A DNA stretch of 64,000 nt from Candidatus Latescibacterota bacterium. Its GTDB lineage: Bacteria > Latescibacterota > UBA2968 > UBA8231. The stretch covers positions 501,731 through 565,730 of the forward strand of contig OZ242318.1 in NCBI GenBank assembly GCA_965208105.1. The letters are read 5' to 3'. The translations under genes were made by a program, and so were the position numbers. Each line of letters opens with the position of its first letter. Positions within the stretch are counted from its first letter, which is position 1. Shown here in pieces: positions 18,197 to 26,382 of the stretch. The notes beneath the pieces were generated by a model. It was not told where the DNA came from. It worked only from the letters and a program-made list of their open reading frames with translations, and did not search any database.

Positions 18197-18628
18197 ATGA
18201 ATACGCAGGTGTTATTAGTAGAGGACCACGAGGCCGTGCGCCAGGAGCTGCGCTTGTTGCTTGAGCAACAAAGCGGAATTGAGGTAGTCGCCGAGGCCGG
18301 CGACGGCCGCACGGCCGTCGCCTTGGCCTCCACCTGTCTACCCGACATTGCGGTCATGGACGTTGGCCTGCCCCACCTGAATGGCATTGAGGCGACGCGA
18401 CAGATACGCGTCAAGGCGCCGGGCGTGAACGTGGTGGCGCTGTCGGTGCACGCGGACCGGCGTCTTGTAGACGGCATGTTTCAAGCAGGGGCTTCGGCGT
18501 ATGTGTTGAAAACGGCGGCTACCCGCGAGTTGGTGGAAGCGATCCGGCAGGTACAGGCCGGCCGCAAGTTCGTAAGTCCCGAATTGATCGCCCTCTTCGG
18601 CGAGGACTATGGCGCGTCTTCCTTCTGA
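18197..18628 (+). CDS. REC-only response regulator (LuxR-type paralog lacking the HTH domain; possibly a truncated gene)
   Basis: 143 aa. MNTQVLLVEDHEAVRQELRLLLEQQSGIEVVAEAGDGRTAVALAS...DIAVMDVGLPHLNGIEATRQIR is colinear with the RR at 11819..12466 up to ...SPELIALFGEDY, then diverges and stops. GGAGGGG RBS 7 nt upstream. Confidence 0.7.
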   Translation: MNTQVLLVEDHEAVRQELRLLLEQQSGIEVVAEAGDGRTAVALASTCLPDIAVMDVGLPHLNGIEATRQIRVKAPGVNVVALSVHADRRLVDGMFQAGASAYVLKTAATRELVEAIRQVQAGRKFVSPELIALFGEDYGASSF

Positions 18629-18684
18629 CGGCGCATTACAGAGAAAGATTCACCGAACTGGTGTTGTGAATCTCTCAGACACTC

Positions 18685-18763
18685 AGGCCGCAAAATCAGC
18701 TTCTCTGAAGGCAAAAATCGGGTGTTTACCCGATACCGACCAACCTGTCCTGTTGCTTAATTT
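18685..18763 (+). promoter_or_regulatory. operator/promoter module copy B (upstream of the peptide operon)
   Basis: AAAATCAG (18692) and AAAATCGG (18714) are 22 bp apart. Palindrome GGCAAA-N9-TTTACC. Conserved TAATTT at 18758-18763. The -35 position reads ACCGAC (poor), suggesting activator dependence. The first operon ATG is at 18860. Confidence 0.55.
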
Positions 18764-18859
18764 ATCCTTAAGAGTTGCGTCGATTTTTAACAAGTTGGAC
18801 AAGCAGCACTGGACGCCGAGGTAGTCGACCTACCGCCGCAAGCCTGGAGGAGAGATCGA

Positions 18860-20854
18860 ATGAAAAACATGAACATTAATAATGTATGCCTCTTCCTCGT
18901 GGGTATAATAGTATGGCCAACCTGTGGGACGGCAAGTTGGCACCTGAAGGCGTCCGGATATGAAGTTTCCAAGGTAAGGTATTCGATTTTCGGCGAAGGG
19001 TTGAAACAACACCGAGGATACTACTTTCCCGAATACCTGCCCGCAGACCGCGCGTTACATGTCGGATTCAAGCCCATCCGCTTCCAGAAATTTTCCGCCC
19101 TGGCCGAAGCTCTCGGCGCGAAAAGCGAAAAAATCCACGCTTGGAAAACCGAATTTGAGTCTCCTGTCAGGTGCTTGGACCAGATCACCTTCTTGTATCG
19201 CCGCATATATGCCAGGAACGTCAGTGAATACACAATTTATCTCCAATCCCCTCAGACTGAACAGTGGTACAGAAAAAGGATAATAATCCCTTTTAAGGGG
19301 TACCAGATCCCTTCATACGACGCGATTTCGCAATGGGAACCGTTGGTAGACGACGGCTCCGAAGAGGTATCCCAGTTTTTGAGCGAGGTTAACCATTTCG
19401 ATAAAATTGGCCAATTGGCGATCGTGGTTACTCCCTCGGATACGGACTTCGATTTTGTCATCGGAGACTTGCAAATAGTGGACCGGGAAATCGGCTATGC
19501 CGATTTCCATCATCCTTTTTTCGACCCGATTTTGAGCGAGGATTCCGCCCAGTACATCGAAAGAGATTCCTTTTACAATGCCTCAGGTATTCCCGCCCTG
19601 CTCCTTCCCATCAGTTGTTATGCCATGCACAGGAATTACGGGTCGGTTTTCCATTTCGACCCAGGGAATCGGGAAGTGGATGCCGGAGACATCAGGGACC
19701 TGAAAGTCAACGTTATCAAGCGAATTTTAGAGCTGTACTCATTCTATGAAGAACGCGGATTGGATAGGAAAAGCGCCCTGAACAGGTTTGCCTTCATCGA
19801 GAATTACGGGCTGGACAGAGAAGCTTTCGAGGACAGCGTCCGCGCTTTATTGGCAGATTTTCATGATGCCCATCTATCCGTAGCAAACAACGCCCATCTA
19901 TCCATAGCAAACAAGAAGAACAGATGCGCTTTCAATCATCCATTGGCGCTGTACAATATCGGCGGCAAAGTCTACGTGGCGGCGGTGTTCGACTCCCTAC
20001 TCGCGGACGATATAGAAGTGGGTATGAAGGTGCTCAAATTTGATGGAGTACCTGTGATTGAAGCGATAGACAGGGAAAGCGAGCATTACCGGGGCAGCAG
20101 CAAAATAAGAAGAAGGAAAGCGACGAGAAACCTGCTCGCATGCAGGCGAGACGAAAGGGCAACATTGAAACTTGCATCTGTTGATGGGGCAGTTAAAGAC
20201 GTCCTGATTGAAGACAGGAAAGTGCGGATTCCGTCGAATCTCGTGCCGCGACACGGAGAATTCAGGGTAGAAAGTGGGATAGTGTATTTTCGTATCCGCC
20301 AATGGACCTATGACGTGTGGATCCGGTTTTTGAACCATGCGGATGAACTCGAAAGCGCGAAGGGCCTGATCATCGATTTGAGGTCCAACGGTGGAGGTGA
20401 CGGCGGCACGGTGCTAAGGATGGTATCGGCGTTCATAGACGAGAACGCGCTATGTGGGAGCGAGTACTGTCCCGCCGACGGCAGAATCGAGAGCATGGTG
20501 ATAAGACCCAACGACAAATTCCATTTCGATCTGCCCGTCGTCATCCTGGCCAATGAGGCGACTGCCTGCGCAAGCGAGAACTTCATCGATATAATGAGAT
20601 CTACCAATCGGGCCATCATGGTGGCGGATAGTCACACACAGGGCCTTTTTTCGTCCAGGATCGACTTGATATTCCCGGACGGGATGAGGATTCATACCAA
20701 TAGCTTATCCAAACCGTTGAGACCCGATGGTTCTTCATACGAGGTAAAGGGGCTCGAGCCAGACATCTGGGTACACTTGAACACAATTGATGATCTGGCA
20801 CATCGGGAAGACAAGATACTGCGAACCGCAAATCATCTGCTGGAAGCGCAGTAG
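18860..20854 (+). CDS. S41-family (C-terminal processing / tail-specific type) peptidase with PDZ-like domain, N-terminal signal/anchor
   Basis: 664 aa. N-terminal hydrophobic segment VCLFLVGIIVWPTCG. PDZ-like GGKVYVAAVFDSLLADDIEVGMKVLKFDGVPV. S41 motifs GLIIDLRSNGGGDG and VVILANEATACASENF (Ser motif). The usual G-K-G lysine motif is not evident (DSHTQGLFSS). Lower-GC codon usage. Confidence 0.7.
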   Translation: MKNMNINNVCLFLVGIIVWPTCGTASWHLKASGYEVSKVRYSIFGEGLKQHRGYYFPEYLPADRALHVGFKPIRFQKFSALAEALGAKSEKIHAWKTEFESPVRCLDQITFLYRRIYARNVSEYTIYLQSPQTEQWYRKRIIIPFKGYQIPSYDAISQWEPLVDDGSEEVSQFLSEVNHFDKIGQLAIVVTPSDTDFDFVIGDLQIVDREIGYADFHHPFFDPILSEDSAQYIERDSFYNASGIPALLLPISCYAMHRNYGSVFHFDPGNREVDAGDIRDLKVNVIKRILELYSFYEERGLDRKSALNRFAFIENYGLDREAFEDSVRALLADFHDAHLSVANNAHLSIANKKNRCAFNHPLALYNIGGKVYVAAVFDSLLADDIEVGMKVLKFDGVPVIEAIDRESEHYRGSSKIRRRKATRNLLACRRDERATLKLASVDGAVKDVLIEDRKVRIPSNLVPRHGEFRVESGIVYFRIRQWTYDVWIRFLNHADELESAKGLIIDLRSNGGGDGGTVLRMVSAFIDENALCGSEYCPADGRIESMVIRPNDKFHFDLPVVILANEATACASENFIDIMRSTNRAIMVADSHTQGLFSSRIDLIFPDGMRIHTNSLSKPLRPDGSSYEVKGLEPDIWVHLNTIDDLAHREDKILRTANHLLEAQ

Positions 20855-20903
20855 AATCCATAGGCTTTGGAAGGCGACAAACTGTAAGAAAGGAGAACAT
20901 GCC

Positions 20904-21062
20904 ATGAAAGAGCTCATTAAGCCCAACTTGACTGAGGAAGAGTGCGAGAATAACGAGGTCGCGGCATATTGCGACCTTTATTCCTGCGCGCCCGTGAGTT
21001 GCAACCTTTGGTCGTGTCAACCCGTTTCGGGTGATGACGAGTCCGGGGACATTCTGTTCTAA
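20904..21062 (+). CDS. Cys-rich precursor-peptide candidate (52 aa) with four C-X3-S pentads
   Basis: AAGGAG (20889-20894) lies 9 nt before ATG 20904. MKELIKPNLTEEECENNEVAAYCDLYSCAPVSCNLWSCQPVSGDDESGDILF. It sits immediately upstream of a radical SAM/SPASM gene. The 91-aa track ORF from 20787 overlaps the end of the upstream gene and is less likely. Confidence 0.75.
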   Translation: MKELIKPNLTEEECENNEVAAYCDLYSCAPVSCNLWSCQPVSGDDESGDILF

Positions 21063-21248
21063 TTGCCAATTGTTCAGCGGAGGCCATAACAGCGAAGGAC
21101 CATTCGCCTGGAACACGTCTCTTGACCGTTTGACCCCATAACTACTTTTCGATCAGTTTGTCGCCTTCCACGTCTTTCAGAAGCCGTCTTAGACCCTCGG
21201 TGAGGATCACTAGGAACTTTAAGGAGGCTTCTTAAAAAGGAAAATGAG

Positions 21249-22730
21249 ATGTTTAAGTTGAGCTATTATACCTTCATCATCCCCGTAACCGAGAAGGGGA
21301 TGTACCTCGCCTATAATTCATTTACCAATGCATTGCTGGAATTGGAGTGGCATGAAGGCAAGAAGATGCTGGAGTGGAAAAAGAAGGATGCCATTCCCTC
21401 TTCGGAACTCGACAGCGAAGAAAAGCGCTTTGTAAACGCTTTGCTCAACAATCACTTTCTGGTAGACGAGGGGGTTGATGAGAAAGAGCGCTTGCATCGC
21501 CGCATTTCTACCCAGAAAGAAAGGTTCTGGAGAGAACCAGCGACCATGGCGCTCACCATATTGCCGACTATCTCGTGCAATATGGGTTGTTCCTATTGTT
21601 TTGAGGGATACAAGCCGTTCGGCAAGGTTATGAACAATGAGGTCATGGACGATATAGCCGAATTCGTGGTAAGAGAAATCAAGCAAAGCACTGTCGTCAG
21701 TTCCTTCAAAAAAATGTTCATCCAGTGGTACGGGGGGGAGCCCCTGCTGCAACCACATGTCGTCGATAGACTTTCGGAAAAATTGTACCGAATCGCCGAC
21801 GACAACCAAATCCCCTATACTTCGATGATCATTACGAACGGAACCTATCTAACGCCCGCTATATGGGATCTGTTAAAGGAAGCGAGAATTGACCGGATAC
21901 AAGTGACCATTGATGGCCACAAGGACTCCCACAACAGGCAACGCCCCCTCACCTTGCCGATCATCGGCCAGGAAATAGAGGCGGGTAGCTATGACACCAT
22001 ACTGGAAAACCTGAAGTATTTTCCGGACAAGATGGCTCTTAATATCCGGATAAATTCGGATAAGAATATAATCAATTCCCTGGGCGACCTCCTGGACGAC
22101 CTGGAGGAAATTGGCCTGTGGCCTCAGCAGGCTAGCCATGTGAGCCTGACCCTCGCCCATAAGGAAACTCCTTATGAAGAGTCGGGAGTAGTAGACATCG
22201 AGTCTCAGTACTTGAGCCTCAAGCAGCAAACCAAGGCGCAGAAGATATTCCAGGACATGAAGCTCAATCACTACAACAATTGGGCCTCCAAAAATAACAG
22301 GGTTTTGGCCAGGAAGCGTCTGGCCTACCCTGAACCGGCAACTTTTGTATGTGGGACTGCCTCGCTGCCTTACAGTTTTTCCATAAGTTACGACGGGCAT
22401 ATTCACCAGTGCATGGAGCAAGTCAACGATCCTAAAGCTAAGTCACATTACATTGGCGATACCTACAATATCCACGATCCCCTGCGGAAAATTTTCCTGA
22501 ACTGGGATAAATTCCTTCACCATCCAATGTGCACTGATTGCAGGGTACTGCCCATATGCGACATGGTTTGTCCTCACAAGGACCCGCCCGAAGCGTGCTG
22601 TGATTGGAAGGTAGACCTCAAATCGCGGTTGAAGGAGCAGTATATCGCGTCCATTGATACGCCCCACCTAATTGAGTCTTTCGACGCAGTAGAACAACAG
22701 CGGCAGAAAGATTTCACCCTCGTGATATAG
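21249..22730 (+). CDS. radical SAM / SPASM-domain peptide maturase
   Basis: CNMGCSYC (CxxxCxxC, 21576-21599). GGEPLL motif. SPASM 7-Cys pattern CGTASLPYSFSISYDGHIHQC ... CTDCRVLPICDMVC (C-x2-C-x5-C-x3-C). About 100-aa N-terminal extension that could be a leader-recognition (RRE-like) domain. Confidence 0.9.
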   Translation: MFKLSYYTFIIPVTEKGMYLAYNSFTNALLELEWHEGKKMLEWKKKDAIPSSELDSEEKRFVNALLNNHFLVDEGVDEKERLHRRISTQKERFWREPATMALTILPTISCNMGCSYCFEGYKPFGKVMNNEVMDDIAEFVVREIKQSTVVSSFKKMFIQWYGGEPLLQPHVVDRLSEKLYRIADDNQIPYTSMIITNGTYLTPAIWDLLKEARIDRIQVTIDGHKDSHNRQRPLTLPIIGQEIEAGSYDTILENLKYFPDKMALNIRINSDKNIINSLGDLLDDLEEIGLWPQQASHVSLTLAHKETPYEESGVVDIESQYLSLKQQTKAQKIFQDMKLNHYNNWASKNNRVLARKRLAYPEPATFVCGTASLPYSFSISYDGHIHQCMEQVNDPKAKSHYIGDTYNIHDPLRKIFLNWDKFLHHPMCTDCRVLPICDMVCPHKDPPEACCDWKVDLKSRLKEQYIASIDTPHLIESFDAVEQQRQKDFTLVI

Positions 22731-22744
22731 GGCCCCTAATACCC

Positions 22745-24640
22745 ATGCGAATAGCAATCATAGACAGCGGAATAGATGCGGGACACAAGCGTCTCAAGAA
22801 TTGCGTGTGCAGCGGCGTTTCGCTGCGGTGCGGCGAAGAAAAACCCACCCTTAGCTACGAATACGGCGACTGCCTGGGCCACGGGACCGCCTGTGCGAGC
22901 CTCGTGCACAAGGTGGACCCGCAGGCGGAAATAGTGGCGGTGAAGATATTTCACCGCGAGCTATCCGCCAAAGAGGAGCTACTTTGTGAAGGTATCAGAT
23001 GGTGTTTGGGCAACGACATCGACGTCATCAACCTGTCCCTCGGAATCCTGACGGATAGCCCCTCGCAAGCGCTGATCGGCCTGCTCGAAGAGGCCTTTGT
23101 GAAAAACGTCGTCGTCGTCTCGGCGGCGCACAACGACTTGAGGCTGGAATGCTACCCGGCGCATTTCCACACCGTGTTCGGCGTGACCTGGGGAAAGGTG
23201 GACCATCACTGCTTGTATGGTTATCTGCCCGACTCGGCCATCGAATTCATCGCCAAGGGGACGATACAGCGGGTCGCATGGAAAGACGGGGGCTATTCCC
23301 TATTGAGCGGAACGAGTATGGCCTGTGCCCATTTCACCGGCATCACCGCGGGCGTACTAAGGCAGAGCCCCTCTATGTCGGTCGGGGAACTCAGGAGCCA
23401 CCTTATCGGGAAGGCGGACGCGAATATTCGGGCGCTGCAACCTGGCAGCAAAATTCAGGGAGCCTTCCCGAGGATCATCAGCGGCGATCTGGACGAGGCG
23501 GGACGGAGGCTGTTCCGCTGGGAGGAAAAGATGGATTGGCTGGGGGACCTGGCCCTTTTTCCCGCCAGCGAAAAGGAGATGAGCGGCTTTGTCGAATTTC
23601 CCGGCTATTGTACGCAAAAGATAGCGAAGTACATTGACTACCCAAGAAACATGAAGAGGCAGGCCCCAAACGGCAGCGGCAAAAGCGATGCTATCAAAAC
23701 ATACGACAAGATGCTGGACGCGGCGGCTTGCGAAGACTTCGACACGATGGTTCTGGGATATTTTTTTGATCAACTCTTTGAGGCGAATATCCGCTTCGGC
23801 AACGACTTGCTGGCCGTGTGCATGGAGGCCCAAAAGAACCTCTACGTGTACGACCCCAGGTTGAAAGCTCATATCGATAGCCTGAACGGAAGTGCCAAGC
23901 CTTTGTTTCGGCTGTATATGCCGGAGGTCAATGGCCGGTTGCACGACCGTGTCATGCAGTTTCGCCATCTGCCCAGGGTACGGGTGCCCGTCATGGCAGT
24001 GATGGGCACGAGCAACCGCCAGGGGAAGTTCACCGCGCAACTCCGGCTCAAAGACATCCTCAACAGAGAGGAATACAAAGTCTGCCACCTATCCACTGAG
24101 CCCCAGGGTGAGTTGTTCGGGGCGGATTTCAGTTTTCCCTATGGCTATAACGGGACAGTTTCCATCCACCGCAAAAAGTGGTCGATGTTCCTCCGCACCC
24201 TGCTCAAAGCCGTCCAGGAATACAACAGACCCCATATCATCCTGACCGGGACACAAGGCATGACGATTCCCCGGGCACCCAACCAAGCCCCGCTGGGAAA
24301 TGAATGCGACAGCCTGGAATTCATGTACGGTGTCCATCCTGATGCTTTAGTTTGCGCCATAAATCCCCAGGATTCCATCGAACTGGTCGTCGACGCGTGC
24401 CAGGCGGCCCGGATATTCTGCGGGGCGGAACCCTTGTTTTTCATCATGACTCCCTGGATGAGAGACTACACGCGCGCCGGCAACGGCCGCATGGTACGCC
24501 ATCACCGATACCTGCATAAGGAAGAGATGGCGGAGAAAATGAACCATTTCCAGGAGGTATTGCACAAGCCGGTCATCGATATCATGGATTTGAACAATGA
24601 CAAGCTAATCTTGGACGCCATCCAGGATTTCTTTTCGTGA
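22745..24640 (+). CDS. S8 subtilisin-like serine peptidase fused to a ~400-aa C-terminal P-loop (DUF1611-like?) domain
   Basis: Catalytic triad contexts IAIIDSGIDAGH (Asp), CLGHGTACASLV (His), LLSGTSMACAHF (Ser), all within the first ~230 aa and with no signal peptide. The C-terminal part contains VMAVMGTSNRQGKFT (G-x5-GK-type loop). Confidence 0.75.
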   Translation: MRIAIIDSGIDAGHKRLKNCVCSGVSLRCGEEKPTLSYEYGDCLGHGTACASLVHKVDPQAEIVAVKIFHRELSAKEELLCEGIRWCLGNDIDVINLSLGILTDSPSQALIGLLEEAFVKNVVVVSAAHNDLRLECYPAHFHTVFGVTWGKVDHHCLYGYLPDSAIEFIAKGTIQRVAWKDGGYSLLSGTSMACAHFTGITAGVLRQSPSMSVGELRSHLIGKADANIRALQPGSKIQGAFPRIISGDLDEAGRRLFRWEEKMDWLGDLALFPASEKEMSGFVEFPGYCTQKIAKYIDYPRNMKRQAPNGSGKSDAIKTYDKMLDAAACEDFDTMVLGYFFDQLFEANIRFGNDLLAVCMEAQKNLYVYDPRLKAHIDSLNGSAKPLFRLYMPEVNGRLHDRVMQFRHLPRVRVPVMAVMGTSNRQGKFTAQLRLKDILNREEYKVCHLSTEPQGELFGADFSFPYGYNGTVSIHRKKWSMFLRTLLKAVQEYNRPHIILTGTQGMTIPRAPNQAPLGNECDSLEFMYGVHPDALVCAINPQDSIELVVDACQAARIFCGAEPLFFIMTPWMRDYTRAGNGRMVRHHRYLHKEEMAEKMNHFQEVLHKPVIDIMDLNNDKLILDAIQDFFS

Positions 24641-24954
24641 ACGGGCGTGAGGACGGCACCATGAGAGAAGCTATCGAGCAGCGATTGTACGAACTGATAG
24701 GGACGTTTGGAGACCAACCGATCAACTGCTCTGTTGAGAGCGAAGTGCGAAGGATGCTCCATATCATCTTGAGCGAGTCCATACAAGCGATGGAATTCGT
24801 CATCGCCATTGAGAACGAATTCGAGATCGAGTTCGACGACGAAGACATCTCCATCCAATTCTTCCTCGACCCGGATCATATCATCCAATCCGTGCTGAGA
24901 GGTCTGGCGCGGAAGGAGGCGGATGGCCTAACATCATCAAGTGCTGTCACCTGA
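24637..24954 (+). CDS. acyl-carrier-protein-like small protein
   Basis: LHIILSESIQAMEFVIAIENEFEIEFDDEDI aligns with the ACP helix II region (DSL replaced by ESI, Ser retained). GTG 24637 overlaps the upstream stop (GTGA). Alternative ATG at 24661. Confidence 0.6.
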   Translation: MNGREDGTMREAIEQRLYELIGTFGDQPINCSVESEVRRMLHIILSESIQAMEFVIAIENEFEIEFDDEDISIQFFLDPDHIIQSVLRGLARKEADGLTSSSAVT

Positions 24955-24965
24955 GGAGGTCTGCC

Positions 24966-26366
24966 ATGTTCAAGACCATTCTGTTCAAGGAAATCAAGGG
25001 CCAATTAGGCACGGTGACATTCGCCGTCTGGATGGGCGTCTCGTGCTTTCTGGTCTGGATGGCCCTGGAGAGCGGTTATTCGAGATACGAGCACAAGCAT
25101 CAGCAATACCTCGATATGGACAGGGTGGTCAAAGACGGCCTCAGCAAAGAATACGACGTCAACAAGGCGGAAGAGGAGCTCTTCCGGGTTTTGCGGCAGC
25201 CGTCGGTGTTGAGCGCAGTTGTCTACGGGCTGGAAGGCAAGATGCCGATCTATATGAGTGTCAATCCCAACGGCGTACGCTCCGGTTCGGGGTCAGGCAC
25301 GGAAGAATCCGTATTGAGCCTGTTCGGGGAGCTGGATTTTCTCCTGGTCATCGAGCTGATTCTCGGGCTGATGGCCGTGGTGCAGGCGGCCAGTCTGGTG
25401 TCTTCGGAGAGGGAAAACGGCACTCTGAAGCTGATATTGGCCAACCCGGTTTCCCGCAGCACCGTCTTGCTGGGCAAGTGTATGGGCGGATACGCTGTCG
25501 TCGCCTTCGTCTTTGTGTTTTCCTCCTTTATCGGGTTTTTGCTTCTCTCGATCAGGGGGTTTCCACTTTTCGAGTCGGACGTGCTCGCGCCGATACTCCT
25601 GATCTTGGCCGGGAGCCTGGTCTATTTGCTGTGCATCTTTCTGGTGGGGATGGTCGGTTCTATCCTGTTCCTGAACACTCAAACGGCCTTGATATTGAGC
25701 GTGTCGATCTGGGCCGCGCTGTCTTTTCTCGTTCCCAAAAGCGCCCGGATCGCGGCCGAGTTGATCCGCCCGGTAGAGGACGAGCGGACGGTTTACTTGC
25801 GTCAGAAGCACGCCCGTGAAGACCTGATCAGGGCCCAGCATGAGGAAATGAGCGAGAATTACCGCCAGGAGTTGACTCCAGAATGGCTGATGGCCAACTT
25901 CGCGACCTTGGCAGAGGAAGGCGCGGCAGTTTGGAAGAAATACAGCGACCGGATCTCCAAAGACCTGACCACCATCGCCGAGGACCACCACCGGGAGAAG
26001 AAAGCGCAGGAATCTCTGGGTAAGGTGCTGTCCCGGGTATCCCCCGCGGGCAGTTTCCGGCTGCTCTTGGCGAATTTGTCCGGTACGGGCGACCAGGTGA
26101 AGTGGGAATTACTGCAAGTGGCCTGGAACTACCAGAAAACGGTCAATGACAAGGTCTTCGCCAAAAAACCCTTGATCGCTGTCCAGAATATGAGTTTCCC
26201 CCATGATATGGGTACAGAGGATCCGCCGCCCCCACCTCTGGTCATGGCGCCGCCCCTCGGCAGTGTCTTGACCGAATCCGCGCTAGACACAGCCTTATTA
26301 TGCGTCTATGCCGTCATGTTGTTCATGCTGGCCTATATGCTGTTCCTGCGGCGCTCTATCGTGTAA
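24966..26366 (+). CDS. ABC-2-family permease-like membrane protein with long C-terminal extension, paralog 1
   Basis: MFKTILFKEIKGQLGTVTFAVWMGV. Conserved SSERENGTLKLILANPVSRSTVLLGK. Multiple TM helices. Pro-rich stretch and terminal TM helix near the C-terminus. Confidence 0.8.
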   Translation: MFKTILFKEIKGQLGTVTFAVWMGVSCFLVWMALESGYSRYEHKHQQYLDMDRVVKDGLSKEYDVNKAEEELFRVLRQPSVLSAVVYGLEGKMPIYMSVNPNGVRSGSGSGTEESVLSLFGELDFLLVIELILGLMAVVQAASLVSSERENGTLKLILANPVSRSTVLLGKCMGGYAVVAFVFVFSSFIGFLLLSIRGFPLFESDVLAPILLILAGSLVYLLCIFLVGMVGSILFLNTQTALILSVSIWAALSFLVPKSARIAAELIRPVEDERTVYLRQKHAREDLIRAQHEEMSENYRQELTPEWLMANFATLAEEGAAVWKKYSDRISKDLTTIAEDHHREKKAQESLGKVLSRVSPAGSFRLLLANLSGTGDQVKWELLQVAWNYQKTVNDKVFAKKPLIAVQNMSFPHDMGTEDPPPPPLVMAPPLGSVLTESALDTALLCVYAVMLFMLAYMLFLRRSIV

Positions 26367-26382
26367 TAGAGGAGTCATCCCC

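Noticed and set aside
20787-21062. 91-aa version of the small peptide ORF
   Set aside because: Its first 39 codons overlap the end of the S41 gene and lack an RBS. The internal ATG at 20904 has an AAGGAG RBS and yields a leader/core layout typical of RiPP precursors.
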